From assembly GCF_009914755.1 (NCBI RefSeq), contig NC_060929.1: a stretch of DNA of 64,000 nt, one strand, 5' to 3'. Below the pieces are notes generated by a model. The model searched no databases. It saw only the letters and a list, made by a program, of their open reading frames with translations, and was not told where the DNA came from. This document shows, in pieces, positions 48,318 through 62,248 of this stretch (positions are counted from its first letter, which is position 1; the number at the start of each line of letters is the position of its first letter). The translations under genes and the position numbers were made by a program. This DNA comes from the human T2T-CHM13v2.0 reference genome, Homo sapiens.

Positions 48318-51035
48318 GAATTCCCAGTAACTTCCTTGTGTTGTGTACATTCAACTCACAGAGTTGAACGTTCCCTTAGACAGAGCAGATTTGAAACACT
48401 CTTTTTGTGCAATTGGCAAGTGGAGATATCAAGCGCTTTAAGGTCAATGGCAGAAAAGGAAATATCTTCGTTTCAAAACTAGACAGAATCATTCCCACAA
48501 ACTGCGTTGTGATGTGTTCGTTCATCTCACAGAGTTTAACCTTTCTTTTCATAGAGCAGTTAGGAAACACTCTGTTTGTAAATTCTGTAAGTGGATATTC
48601 TGACATCTTGTGGCCTTCGTTGGAAACGGGATTTCTTCATATTCTGCTAGACAGAAGAATTCTCAGAATCTTCCTTGTGTTGTGTGTATTCAACTCACAC
48701 AGTTGAACGATGGTTTACACAGAGCAGATTTGAAACACTCTTTTTGTGGAATTTGCAAGTGGAGATTTCAGCCGCTTTGAGGTCAATGGTAGAAAAGGAA
48801 ATATCTTCGTATAAAAACTAGACAGAATGATTCTCAGAAACTTCTTTGTGATGTGTGCGTTCAACTCACAGAGTTTAACCTTTCTTTTCATAGAGCAGTT
48901 AGGAAACACTCTGTTTGTAAACTCTGCAAGTGGATATTCAGACCTCTTTGAGGCCTTCGTTGGAAACGGGATTTCTTCATACTGTGCTAGACAGAAGAAT
49001 TCTCAGTAACTTCCTTGTGTTGTGTGTATTCAACTCACAGAGTTGAACGATCCTTTACACAGAGCAGACTTGAAACACTCTTTTTGTGGAATTTGCAAGT
49101 GGAGATTTCAGCCGCGTTGAGGTCAATGGTAGAAAAGGAAATATCTTCGTATAAAAACTAGACAGAATGATTCTCAGAAACTCCTTTGAGATGTGTGTGT
49201 TCAACTCACAGAGTTTAACCTTTCTTTTCATAGAGCAGTTAGGAATCACTCTGTTTGTAAAGTCTGCAAGTGGATATTCAGACCTCTTTGAGGCCTTCGT
49301 TGGAAACGGGTTTTTTTCATATAAGGCTAGACAGAAGAATTCCCAGTAACTTCCTTGTGTTGTGTGTGTTCAACTCACAGAGTTGAACTTTCATTTACAC
49401 AGAGCAGATTTGAAACACTCTTTTTGTGGAATTTGCAAATGGAGATTTCAAGCGCTTTGAGGCCAAAGGCAGAAAAGGAAATATCTTCGTATAAAAACTA
49501 GACAGAATCATTCTCAGAAACTGCTCTGCGATGTGTGCGTTCAACTCTCAGAGTTTAACTTTGCTTTTCATTCAGCAGTTTGGAAACACTCTGTTTGTAA
49601 AGTCTGCACGTGGATAATTTGACCACTTAGAGGCCTTCGTTGGAAACGGGTTTTTTTCATGTAAGGCTAGACAGAAGAATTCTCAGTAACTTCCTTGTGT
49701 TGTGTGTATTCAACTCACACAGTTGAACGATCCTTTACACAGAGCAGACTTGTAACACTCTTTTTGTGGAATTTGCAAGTGGAGATTTCAGCCGCTTTGA
49801 AGTCAAAGTAGAAAGGGAAATATCTTCCTATAAAAACTAGACAGAATGATTCTCAGAAACTCCTTTGTGATGTGTGCGTTCAACTCACAGAGTTTAATCT
49901 TTCTTTTCATAGAGCAGTTAGGAAACACTCTGTTTGTAAAGACTGCAAGTGGATATTCAGACCTCTTTGAGGCCTTCGTTGGAAACGGGTTTTTTTCATA
50001 TAAGGCTAGACAGAAGAATTCCCAGTAACTTCCTTGTGTTGTGTGTGTTCAACTCACAGAGTTGAACTTTCATTTACACAGAGCAGATTTGAAACACTCT
50101 TTTTGTGGAATTTGCAGGTGGAGATTTCAAGCGCTTTGAGGCCAAAGGCAGAAAAGGAAATATCTTCGTATAAAAACTAGACAGAATCATTCTCAGAAAC
50201 TGCTCTGCGATGTGTGCGTTCAACTCTCAGAGTTTAACTTTGCTTTTCATTCAGCAGTTTGGAAACACTCTGTTTGTAAAGTCTGCACGTGGATAATTTG
50301 ACCACTTAGAGGCCTTCGTTGGAAACGGGTTTTTTTCATGTAAGGCTAGACAGAAGAATTCTCAGTAACTTCCTTGTGTTGTGTGTATTCAACTCACACA
50401 GTTGAACGATCCTTTACACAGAGCAGACTTGTAACACTCTTTTTGTGGAATTTGCAAGTGGAGATTTCAGCCGCTTTGAAGTCAAAGGTAGAAAAGGAAA
50501 TATCTTCCTATAAAAACTAGACAGAATGATTCTCAGAAACTCCTTTGTGATGTGTGCGTTCAACTCACAGAGTTTAACCTTTCTTTTCATAGAGCAGTTA
50601 GGAAACACTCTGCTTGTAAAGTCTGCAAGTGGATATTCAGCTCTCTTTGAGGCCTTCGTTGGAAACGGGTTTTTTTCATATAAGGCTAGACAGAAGAATT
50701 CCCAGTAACTTCCTTGTGTTGTGTGTGTTCAACTCACAGAGTTGAACTTTGATTTACACAGAGCAGATTTGAAACACTCTTTTTGTGGAATTTGCAAGTG
50801 GAGATTTCAAGCGCTTTGAGGCCAAAGGCAGAAAAGGAAATATCTTCGTATAAAAACTAGACAGAATCATTCTCAGAAACTGCTCTGCGATGTGTGCGTT
50901 CAACTCTCAGAGTTTAACTTTTCTTTTCATTCAGCAGTTTGGAAACACTCTGTTTGTAAAGTCTGCACGTGGATATTTTGACCACTTAGAGGCCTTCGTT
51001 GGAAACGGGTTTTTTTCCTGTAAGGCTAGACAGAA
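48318..51035 (+). repeat. HOR 16-mer
   Basis: Spacing 2718 bp. Confidence 0.9.
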
Positions 51036-54000
51036 GAATTCCCAGTAACTTCCTTGTGTTGTGTACATTCAACTCACAGAGTTGAACGTTCCCTTAGACA
51101 GAGCAGATTTGAAACACTCTTTTTGTGCAATTGGCAAGTGGAGATTTCAAGCGCTTTAAGGTCAATGGCAGAAAAGGAAATATCTTCGTTTCAAAACTAG
51201 GCAGAATCATTCCCACAAACTGCGTTGTGATGTGTTCGTTCATCTCACAGAGTTTAACCTTTCTTTTCATAGAGCAGTTAGGAAACACTCTGTTTGTAAA
51301 TTCTGTAAGTGGATATTCTGACATCTTGTGGCCTTCGTTGGAAACGGGATTTCTTCATATTCTGCTAGACAGAAGAATTCTCAGAATCTTCCTTGTGTTG
51401 TGTGTATTCAACTCACACAGTTGAACGATGGTTTACACAGAGCAGATTTGAAACACTCTTTTTGTGGAATTTGCAAGTGGAGATTTCAGCCGCTTTGAGG
51501 TCAATGGTAGAAAAGGAAATATCTTCGTATAAAAACTAGACAGAATGATTCTCAGAAACTTCTTTGTGATGTGTGCGTTCAACTCAGAGAGTTTAACCTT
51601 TCTTTTCATAGAGCAGTTAGGAAACACTCTGTTTGTAAACTCTGCAAGTGGATATTCAGACCTCTTTGAGGCCTTCGTTGGAAACGGGATTTCTTCATAC
51701 TGTGCTAGACAGAAGAATTCTCAGTAACTTCCTTGTGTTGTGTGTATTCAACTCACAGAGTTGAACGATCCTTTACACAGAGCAGACTTGAAACACTCTT
51801 TTTGTGGAATTTGCAAGTGGAGATTTCAGCCGCGTTGAGGACAATGGTAGAAAAGGAAACATCTTCGTATAAAAACTAGACAGAATGATTCTCAGAAACT
51901 CCTTTGAGATGTGTGTGTTCAACTCACAGAGTTTAACCTTTCTTTTCATAGAGCAGTTAGGAATCACTCTGTTTGTAAAGTCTGCAAGTGGATATTCAGA
52001 CCTCTTTGAGGCCTTCGTTGGAAACGGGTTTTTTTCATATAAGGCTAGACAGAAGAATTCCCAGTAACTTCCTTGTGTTGTGTGTGTTCAACTCACAGAG
52101 TTGAACTTTCATTTACACAGAGCAGATTTGAAACACTCTTTTTGTGGAATTTGCAAGTGGAGATTTCAAGCGCTTTGAGGCCAAAGGCAGAAAAGGAAAT
52201 ATCTTCGTATAAAAACTAGACAGAATCATTCTCAGAAACTGCTCTGCGATGTGTGCGTTCAAGTCTCAGAGTTTAACTTTTCTTTTCATTCAGCAGTTTG
52301 GAAACACTCTGTTTGTAAAGTCTGCACGTGGATAATTTGACCACTTAGAGGCCTTCGTTGGAAACGGGTTTTTTTCATATAAGGCTAGACAGAAGAATTC
52401 CCAGTAACTTCCTTGTGTTGTGTGTGTTCAACTCACAGAGTTGAACTTTCATTTACACAGAGCAGATTTGAAACACTCTTTTTGTGGAATTTGCAAGTGG
52501 AGATTTCAAGCGCTTTGAGGCCAAAGGCAGAAAAGGAAATATCTTCGTATAAAAACTAGACAGAATCATTCTCAGAAACTGCTCTGTGATGTGTGCGTTC
52601 AACTCTCAGAGTTTAACTTTTCTGTTCATTCAGCAGTTTGGAAACACTCTGTTTGTAAAGTCTGCACGTGGATAATTTGACCACTTAGAGGCCTTCGTTG
52701 GAAACGGGTTTTTTTCATGTAAGGCTAGACAGAAGAGTTCTCAGTAACTTCCTTGTGTTGTGTGTATTCAACTCACACAGTTGAACGATCCTTTACACAG
52801 AGCAGACTTGTAACACTCTTTTTGTGGAATTTGCAAATGGAGATTTCAGCCGCTTTGAAGTCAAAGTAGAAAAGGAAATATCTTCCTATAAAAACTAGAC
52901 AGAATGATTCTCAGAAACTCCTTTGTGATGTGTGCGTTCAACTCACAGAGTTTAACCTTTCTTTTCATAGAGCAGTTAGGAAACACTCTGTTTGTAAAGT
53001 CTGCAAGTGGATATTCAGACCTCTTTGAGGCCTTCGTTGGAAACGGGTTTTTTTCATATAAGGCTAGACAGAAGAATTCCCAGTAACTTCCTTGTGTTGT
53101 GTGTGTTCAACTCACAGAGTTGAACTTTCATTTACACAGAGCAGATTTGAAACACTCTTTTTGTGGAATTTGCAGGTGGAGATTTCAAGCGCTTTGAGGC
53201 CAAAGGCAGAAAAGGAAATATCTTCGTATAAAAACTAGACAGAATCATTCTCAGAAACTGCTCTGCGATGTGTGCGTTCAACTCTCAGAGTTTAACTTTT
53301 CTTTTCATTCAGCAGTTTGGAAACACTCTGTTTGTAAAGTCTGCACGTGGATAATTTGACCACTTAGAGGCCTTCGTTGGAAACGGGTTTTTTTCATGTA
53401 AGGCTAGACAGAAGAATTCTCAGTAACTTCCTTGTGTTGTGTGTATTCAACTCACAGAGTTGAACGATCCTTTACACAGAGCAGACTTGTAACACTCTTT
53501 TTGTGGAATTTGCAAGTGGAGATTTCAGCCGCTTTGAAGTCAAAGGTAGAAAAGGAAATATCTTCCTATAAAAACTAGACAGAATGATTCTCAGAAACTC
53601 CTTTGTGATGTGTGCGTTCAACTCACAGAGTTTAACCTTTCTTTTCATAGAGCAGTTAGGAAACACTCTGCTTGTAAAGTCTGCAAGTGGATATTCAGCC
53701 CTCTTTGAGGCCTTCGTTGGAAACGGGTTTTTTTCATATAAGGCTAGACAGAAGAATTCCCAGTAACTTCCTTGTGTTGTGTGTGTTCAACTCACAGAGT
53801 TGAACTTTGATTTACACAGAGCAGATTTGAAACACTCTTTTTGTGGAATTTGCAAGTGGAGATTTCAAGCGCTTTGAGGCCAAAGGCAGAAAAGGAAATA
53901 TCTTCGTATAAAAACTAGACAGAATCATTCTCAGAAACTGCTCTGCGATGTGTGCGTTCAACTCTCAGAGTTTAACTTTTCTTTTCATTCAGCAGTTTGG

Positions 54001-54093
54001 AAACACTCTGTTTGTAAAGTCTGCACGTGGATATTTTGACCACTTAGAGGCCTTCGTTGGAAACGGGTTTTTTTCCTGTAAGGCTAGACAGAA
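51036..54093 (+). repeat. HOR variant, 18-mer C-D-E-A-A-(B-A)2
   Basis: Spacing 3058 bp; two consecutive A dimers at ~52055-52735. Confidence 0.9.
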
Positions 54094-57000
54094 GAATTCC
54101 CAGTAACTTCCTTGTGTTGTGTACATTCAACTCACAGAGTTGAACGTTCCCTTAGACAGAGCAGATTTGAAACACTCTTTTTGTGCAATTGGCAAGTGGA
54201 GATTTCAAGCGCTTTAAGGTCAATGGCAGAAAAGGAAATATCTTCGTTTCAAAACTAGACAGAATCATTCCCACAAACTGCGTTGTGATGTGTTCGTTCA
54301 TCTCACAGAGTTTAACCTTTCTTTTCATAGAGCAGTTAGGAAACAGTCTGTTTGAAAATTCTGTAAGTGGATATTCTGACATCTTGTGGCCTTCGTTGGA
54401 AACGGGATTTCTTCATATTCTGCTAGACAGAAGAATTCTCAGAAACTTCCTTGTGTTGTGTGTATTCAACTCACACAGTTGAACGATGGTTTACACAGAG
54501 CAGATTTGAAACACTCTTTTTGTGGAATTTGCAAGTGGAGATTTCAGCCGCTTTGAGGTCAATGGTAGAAAAGGAAATATCTTCGTATAAAAACTAGACA
54601 GAATGATTCTCAGAAACTTCTTTGTGATGTGTGCGTTCAACTCACAGAGTTTAACCTTTCTTTTCATAGAGCAGTTAGGAAACACTCTGTTTGTAAACTC
54701 TGCAAGTGGATATTCAGACCTCTTTGAGGCCTTCGTTGGAAACGGGATTTCTTCATACTGTGCTAGACAGAAGAATTCTCAGTAACTTCCTTGTGTTGTG
54801 TGTATTCAACTCACAGAGTTGAACGATCCTTTACACAGAGCAGACTTGAAACACTCTTTTTGTGGAATTTGCAAGTGGAGATTTCAGCCGCGTTGAGGTC
54901 AATGGTAGAAAAGGAAATATCTTCGTATAAAAACTAGACAGAATGATTCTCAGAAACTCCTTTGAGATGTGTGTGTTCAACTCACAGAGTTTAACCTTTC
55001 TTTTCATAGAGCAGTTAGGAATCACTCTGTTTGTAAAGTCTGCAAGTGGATATTCAGACCTCTTTGAGGCCTTCGTTGGAAACGGGTTTTTTTCATATAA
55101 GGCTAGACAGAAGAATTCCCAGTAACTTCCTTGTGTTGTGTGTGTTCAACTCACAGAGTTGAACTTTCATTTACACAGAGCAGATTTGAAACACTCTTTT
55201 TGTGGAATTTGCAAATGGAGATTTCAAGCGCTTTGAGGCCAAAGGCAGAAAAGGAAATATCTTCGTATAAAAACTAGACAGAATCATTCTCAGAAACTGC
55301 TCTGCGATGTGTGCGTTCAACTCTCAGAGTTTAACTTTGCTTTTCATTCAGCAGTTTGGAAACACTCTGTTTGTAAAGTCTGCACGTGGATAATTTGACC
55401 ACTTAGAGGCCTTCGTTGGAAACGGGTTTTTTTCATGTAAGGCTAGACAGAAGAATTCTCAGTAACTTCCTTGTGTTGTGTGTATTCAACTCACACAGTT
55501 GAACGATCCTTTACACAGAGCAGACTTGTAACACTCTTTTTGTGGAATTTGCAAGTGGAGATTTCAGCCGCTTTGAAGACAAAGGTGGAAAAGGAAATAT
55601 CTTCCTATAAAAACTACACAGAATGATTCTCAGAAACTCCTTTGTGATGTGTGCGTTCAACTCACAGAGTTTAACCTTTCTTTTCATAGAGCAGTTAGGA
55701 AACACTCTGTTTGTAAAGTCTGCAAGTGGATATTCAGACCTCTTTGAGGCCTTCGTTGGAAACGGGTTTTTTTCATATAAGGCTAGACAGAAGAATTCCC
55801 AGTAACTTCCTTGTGTTGTGTGTGTTCAACTCACAGAGTTGAACTTTCATTTACACAGAGCAGATTTGAAACACTCTTTTTGTGGAATTTGCAAGTGGAG
55901 ATTTCAAGCGCTTTGAGGCCAAAGGCAGAAAAGGAAATATCTTCGTATAAAAACTAGACAGAATCATTCTCAGAAACTGCTCTGTGATGTGTGCGTTCAA
56001 CTCTCAGAGTTTAACTTTTCTTTTCATTCAGCAGTTTGGAAACACTCTGTTTGTAAAGTCTGCACGTGGATAATTTGACCACTTAGAGGCCTTCGTTGGA
56101 AACGGGTTTTTTTCATGTAAGGCTAGACAGAAGAGTTCTCAGTAACTTCCTTGTGTTGTGTGTATTCAACTCACACAGTTGAACGATCCTTTACAGAGAG
56201 CAGACTTGTAACACTCTTTTTGTGGAATTTGCAAGTGGAGATTTCAGCCGCTTTGAAGTCAAAGTAGAAAAGGAAATATCTTCCTATAAAAACTAGACAG
56301 AATGATTCTCAGAAACTCCTTTGTGATGTGTGCGTTCAACTCACAGAGTTTAACCTTTCTTTTCATAGAGCAGTTAGGAAACACTCTGTTTGTAAAGTCT
56401 GCAAGTGGATATTCAGACCTCTTTGAGGCCTTCGTTGGAAACGGGTTTTTTTCATATAAGGCTAGACAGAAGAATTCCCAGTAACTTCCTTGTGTTGTGT
56501 GTGTTCAACTCACAGAGTTGAACTTTCATTTACACAGAGCAGATTTGAAACACTCTTTTTGTGGAATTTGCAGGTGGAGATTTCAAGCCCTTTGAGGCCA
56601 AAGGCAGAAAAGGAAATATCTTCGTATAAAAACTAGACAGAATCATTCTCAGAAACTGCTCTGCGATGTGTGCGTTCAACTCTCAGAGTTTAACTTTTCT
56701 TTTCATTCAGCAGTTTGGAAACACTCTGTTTGTAAAGTCTGCACGTGGATAATTTGACCACTTAGAGGCCTTCGTTGGAAACGGGTTTTTTTCATGTAAG
56801 GCTAGACAGAAGAATTCTCAGTAACTTCCTTGTGTTGTGTGTATTCAACTCACAGAGTTGAACGATCCTTTACACAGAGCAGACTTGTAACACTCTTTTT
56901 GTGGAATTTGCAAGTGGAGATTTCAGCCGCTTTGAAGTCAAAGGTAGAAAAGGAAATATCTTCCTATAAAAACTAGACAGAATGATTCTCAGAAACTCCT

Positions 57001-57491
57001 TTGTGATGTGTGCGTTCAACTCACAGAGTTTAACCTTTCTTTTCATAGAGCAGTTAGGAAACACTCTGCTTGTAAAGTCTGCAAGTGGATATTCAGCTCT
57101 CTTTGAGGCCTTCGTTGGAAACGGGTTTTTTTCATATAAGGCTAGACAGAAGAATTCCCAGTAACTTCCTTGTGTTGTGTGTGTTCAACTCACAGAGTTG
57201 AACTTTGATTTACACAGAGCAGATTTGAAACACTCTTTTTGTGGAATTTGCAAGTGGAGATTTCAAGCGCTTTGAGGCCAAAGGCAGAAAAGGAAATATC
57301 TTCTTATAAAAACTAGACAGAATCATTCTCAAAAACTGCTCTGCGATGTGTGCGTTCAACTCTCAGAGTTTAACTTTTCTTTTCATTCAGCAGTTTGGAA
57401 ACACTCTGTTTGTAAAGTCTGCACGTGGATATTTTGACCACTTAGAGGCCTTCGTTGGAAACGGGTTTTTTTCCTGTAAGGCTAGACAGAA
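54094..57491 (+). repeat. HOR 20-mer
   Basis: Spacing 3398 bp. Confidence 0.9.
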
Positions 57492-59530
57492 GAATTCCCA
57501 GTAACTTCCTTGTGTTGTGTACATTCAACTCACAGAGTTGAACGTTCCCTTAGACAGAGCAGATTTGAAACACTCTTTTTGTGCAATTGGCAAGTGGAGA
57601 TATCAAGCGCTTTAAGGTCAATGGCAGAAAAGGAAATATCTTCGTTTCAAAACTAGACAGAATCATTCCCACAAACTGCGTTGTGATGTGTTCGTTCATC
57701 TCACAGAGTTTAACCTTTCTTTTCATAGAGCAGTTAGGAAACACTCTGTTTGTAAATTCTGTAAGTGGATATTCTGACATCTTGTGGCCTTCGTTGGAAA
57801 CGGGATTTCTTCATATTCTGCTAGACAGAAGAATTCTCAGAATCTTCCTTGTGTTGTGTGTATTCAACTCACACAGTTGAACGATGGTTTACACAGAGCA
57901 GATTTGAAACACTCTTTTTGTGGAATTTGCAAGTGGAGATTTCAGCCGCTTTGAGGTCAATGGTAGAAAAGGAAATATCTTCGTATAAAAACTAGACAGA
58001 ATGATTCTCAGAAACTTCTTTGTGATGTGTGCGTTCAACTCACAGAGTTTAACCTTTCTTTTCATAGAGCAGTTAGGAAACACTCTGTTTGTAAACTCTG
58101 CAAGTGGATATTCAGACCTCTTTGAGGCCTTCGTTGGAAACGGGATTTCTTCATACTGTGCTAGACAGAAGAATTCTCAGTAACTTCCTTGTGTTGTGTG
58201 TATTCAACTCACAGAGTTGAACGATCCTTTACACAGAGCAGACTTGAAACACTCTTTTTGTGGAATTTGCAAGTGGAGATTTCAGCCGCGTTGAGGTCAA
58301 TGGTAGAAAAGGAAATATCTTCGTATAAAAACTAGACAGAATGATTCTCAGAAACTCCTTTGAGATGTGTGTGTTCAACTCACAGAGTTTAACCTTTCTT
58401 TTCATAGAGCAGTTAGGAATCACTCTGTTTGTAAAGTCTGCAAGTGGATATTCAGACCTCTTTGAGGCCTTCGTTGGAAACGGGTTTTTTTCATATAAGG
58501 CTAGACAGAAGAATTCCCAGTAACTTCCTTGTGTTGTGTGTGTTCAACTCACAGAGTTGAACTTTCATTTACACAGAGCAGATTTGAAACACTCTTTTTG
58601 TGGAATTTGCAAATGGAGATTTCAAGCGCTTTGAGGCCAAAGGCAGAAAAGGAAACATCTTCGTATAAAAACTAGACAGAATCATTCTCAGAAACTGCTC
58701 TGCGATGGGTGCGTTCAACTCTCAGAGTTTAACTTTGCTTTTCATTCAGCAGTTTGGAAACACTCTGTTTGTAAAGTCTGCACGTGGATAATTTGACCAC
58801 TTAGAGGCCTTCGTTGGAAACGGGTTTTTTTCATGTAAGGCTAGACAGAAGAATTCTCAGTAACTTCCTTGTGTTGTGTGTATTCAACTCACAGAGTTGA
58901 ACGATCCTTTACACAGAGCAGACTTGTAACACTCTTTTTGTGGAATTTGCAAGTGGAGATTTCAGCCGCTTTGAAGTCAAAGGTAGAAAAGGAAATATCT
59001 TCCTATAAAAACTAGACAGAATGATTCTCAGAAACTCCTTTGTGATGTGTGCGTTCAACTCACAGAGTTTAACCTTTCTTTTCATAGAGCAGTTAGGAAA
59101 CACTCTGTTTGTAAAGTCTGCAAGTGGATATTCAGACCTCTTTGAGGCCTTCGTTGGAAACGGGTTTTTTTCATATAAGGCTAGACAGAAGAATTCCCAG
59201 TAACTTCCTTGTGTTGTGTGTGTTCAACTCACAGAGTTGAACTTTCATTTACACAGAGCAGATTTGAAACACTCTTTTTGTGGAATTTGCAAGTGGAGAT
59301 TTCAAGCGCTTTGAGGCCAAAGGCAGAAAAGGAAATATCTTCGTATAAAAACTAGACAGAATCATTCTCAGAAACTGCTCTGCGATGTGTGCGTTCAACT
59401 CTCAGAGTTTAACTTTTCTTTTCATTCAGCAGTTTGGAAACACTCTGTTTGTAAAGTCTGCACGTGGATATTTTGACCACTTAGAGGCCTTCGTTGGAAA
59501 CGGGTTTTTTTCCTGTAAGGCTAGACAGAA
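57492..59530 (+). repeat. HOR 12-mer
   Basis: Spacing 2039 bp. Confidence 0.9.
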
Positions 59531-62248
59531 GAATTCCCAGTAACTTCCTTGTGTTGTGTACATTCAACTCACAGAGTTGAACGTTCCCTTAGACAGAGCA
59601 GATTTGAAACACTCTTTTTGTGCAATTGGCAAGTGGAGATTTCAAGCGCTTTAAGGTCAATGGCAGAAAAGGAAATATCTTCGTTTCAAAACTAGACAGA
59701 ATCATTCCCACAAACTGCGTTGTGATGTGTTCGTTCATCTCACAGAGTTTAACCTTTCTTTTCATAGAGCAGTTAGGAAACACTCTGTTTGTAAATTCTG
59801 TAAGTGGATATTCTGACATCTTGTGGCCTTCGTTGGAAACGGGATTTCTTCATATTCTGCTAGACAGAAGAATTCTCAGAATCTTCCTTGTGTTGTGTGT
59901 ATTCAACTCACACAGTTGAACGATGGTTTACACAGAGCAGATTTGAAACACTCTTTTTGTGGAATTTGCAAGTGGAGATTTCAGCCGCTTTGAGGTCAAT
60001 GGTAGAAAAGGAAATATCTTCGTATAAAAACTAGACAGAATGATTCTCAGAAACTTCTTTGTGATGTGTGCGTTCAACTCACAGAGTTTAACCTTTCTTT
60101 TCATAGAGCAGTTAGGAAACACTCTGTTTGTAAACTCTGCAAGTGGATATTCAGACCTCTTTGAGGCCTTCGTTGGAAACGGGATTTCTTCATACTGTGC
60201 TAGACAGAAGAATTCTCAGTAACTTCCTTGTGTTGTGTGTATTCAACTCACAGAGTTGAACGATCCTTTACACAGAGCAGACTTGAAACACTCTTTTTGT
60301 GGAATTTGCAAGTGGAGATTTCAGCCGCGTTGAGGTCAATGGTAGAAAAGGAAATATCTTCGTATAAAAACTAGACAGAATGATTCTCAGAAACTCCTTT
60401 GAGATGTGTGTGTTCAACTCACAGAGTTTAACCTTTCTTTTCATAGAGCAGTTAGGAATCACTCTGTTTGTAAAGTCTGCAAGTGGATATTCAGACCTCT
60501 TTGAGGCCTTCGTTGGAAACGGGTTTTTTTCATATAAGGCTAGACAGAAGAATTCCCAGTAACTTCCTTGTGTTGTGTGTGTTCAACTCACAGAGTTGAA
60601 CTTTCATTTACACAGAGCAGATTTGAAACACTCTTTTTGTGGAATTTGCAAATGGAGATTTCAAGCGCTTTGAGGCCAAAGGCAGAAAAGGAAATATCTT
60701 CGTATAAAAACTAGACAGAATCATTCTCAGAAACTGCTCTGCGATGGGTGCGTTCAACTCTCAGAGTTTAACTTTGCTTTTCATTCAGCAGTTTGGAAAC
60801 ACTCTGTTTGTAAAGTCTGCACGTGGATAATTTGACCACTTAGAGGCCTTCGTTGGAAACGGGTTTTTTTCATGTAAGGCTAGACAGAAGAATTCTCAGT
60901 AACTTCCTTGTGTTGTGTGTATTCAACTCACACAGTTGAACGATCCTTTACAAAGAGCAGACTTGTAACACTCTTTTTGTGGAATTTGCAAGTGGAGATT
61001 TCAGCCGCTTTGAAGTCAAAGTAGAAAAGGAAATATCTTCCTATAAAAACTAGACAGAATGATTCTCAGAAACTCCTTTGTGATGTGTGCGTTCAACTCG
61101 CAGAGTTTAACCTTTCTTTTCATAGAGCAGTTAGGAAACACTCTGTTTGTAAAGTCTGCAAGTGGATATTCAGACCTCTTTGAGGCCTTCGTTGGAAACG
61201 GGTTTTTTTCATATAAGGCTAGACAGAAGAATTCCCAGTAACTTCCTTGTGTTGTGTGTGTTCAACTCACAGAGTTGAACTTTCATTTACACAGAGCAGA
61301 TTTGAAACACTCTTTTTGTGGAATTTGCAGGTGGAGATTTCAAGCGCTTTGAGGCCAAAGGCAGAAAAGGAAATATCTTCGTATAAAAACTAGACAGAAT
61401 CATTCTCAGAAACTGCTCTGCGATGTGTGCGTTCAACTCTCAGAGTTTAACTTTTCTTTTCATTCAGCAGTTTGGAAACACTCTGTTTGTAAAGTCTGCA
61501 CGTGGATAATTTGACCACTTAGAGGCCTTCGTTGGAAACGGGTTTTTTTCATGTAAGGCTAGACAGAAGAATTCTCAGTAACTTCCTTGTGTTGTGTGTA
61601 TTCAACTCACACAGTTGAACGATCCTTTACACAGAGCAGACTTGTAACACTCTTTTTGTGGAATTTGCAAGTGGAGATTTCAGCCGCTTTGAAGTCAAAG
61701 GTAGAAAAGGAAATATCTTCCTATAAAAACTAGACAGAATGATTCTCAGAAACTCCTTTGTGATGTGTGCGTTCAACTCACAGAGTTTAACCTTTCTTTT
61801 CATAGAGCAGTTAGGAAACACTCTGCTTGTAAAGTCTGCAAGTGGATATTCAGCCCTCTTTGAGGCCTTCGTTGGAAACGGGTTTTTTTCATATAAGGCT
61901 AGACAGAAGAATTCCCAGTAACTTCCTTGTGTTGTGTGTGTTCAACTCACAGAGTTGAACTTTGATTTACACAGAGCAGATTTGAAACACTCTTTTTGTG
62001 GAATTTGCAAGTGGAGATTTCAAGCGCTTTGAGGCCAAAGGCAGAAAAGGAAATATCTTCGTATAAAAACTAGACAGAATCATTCTCAGAAACTGCTCTG
62101 CGATGTGTGCGTTCAACTCTCAGAGTTTAACTTTTCTTTTCATTCAGCAGTTTGGAAACACTCTGTTTGTAAAGTCTGCACGTGGATATTTTGACCACTT
62201 AGAGGCCTTCGTTGGAAACGGGTTTTTTTCCTGTAAGGCTAGACAGAA
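59531..62248 (+). repeat. HOR 16-mer
   Basis: Spacing 2718 bp. Confidence 0.9.
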
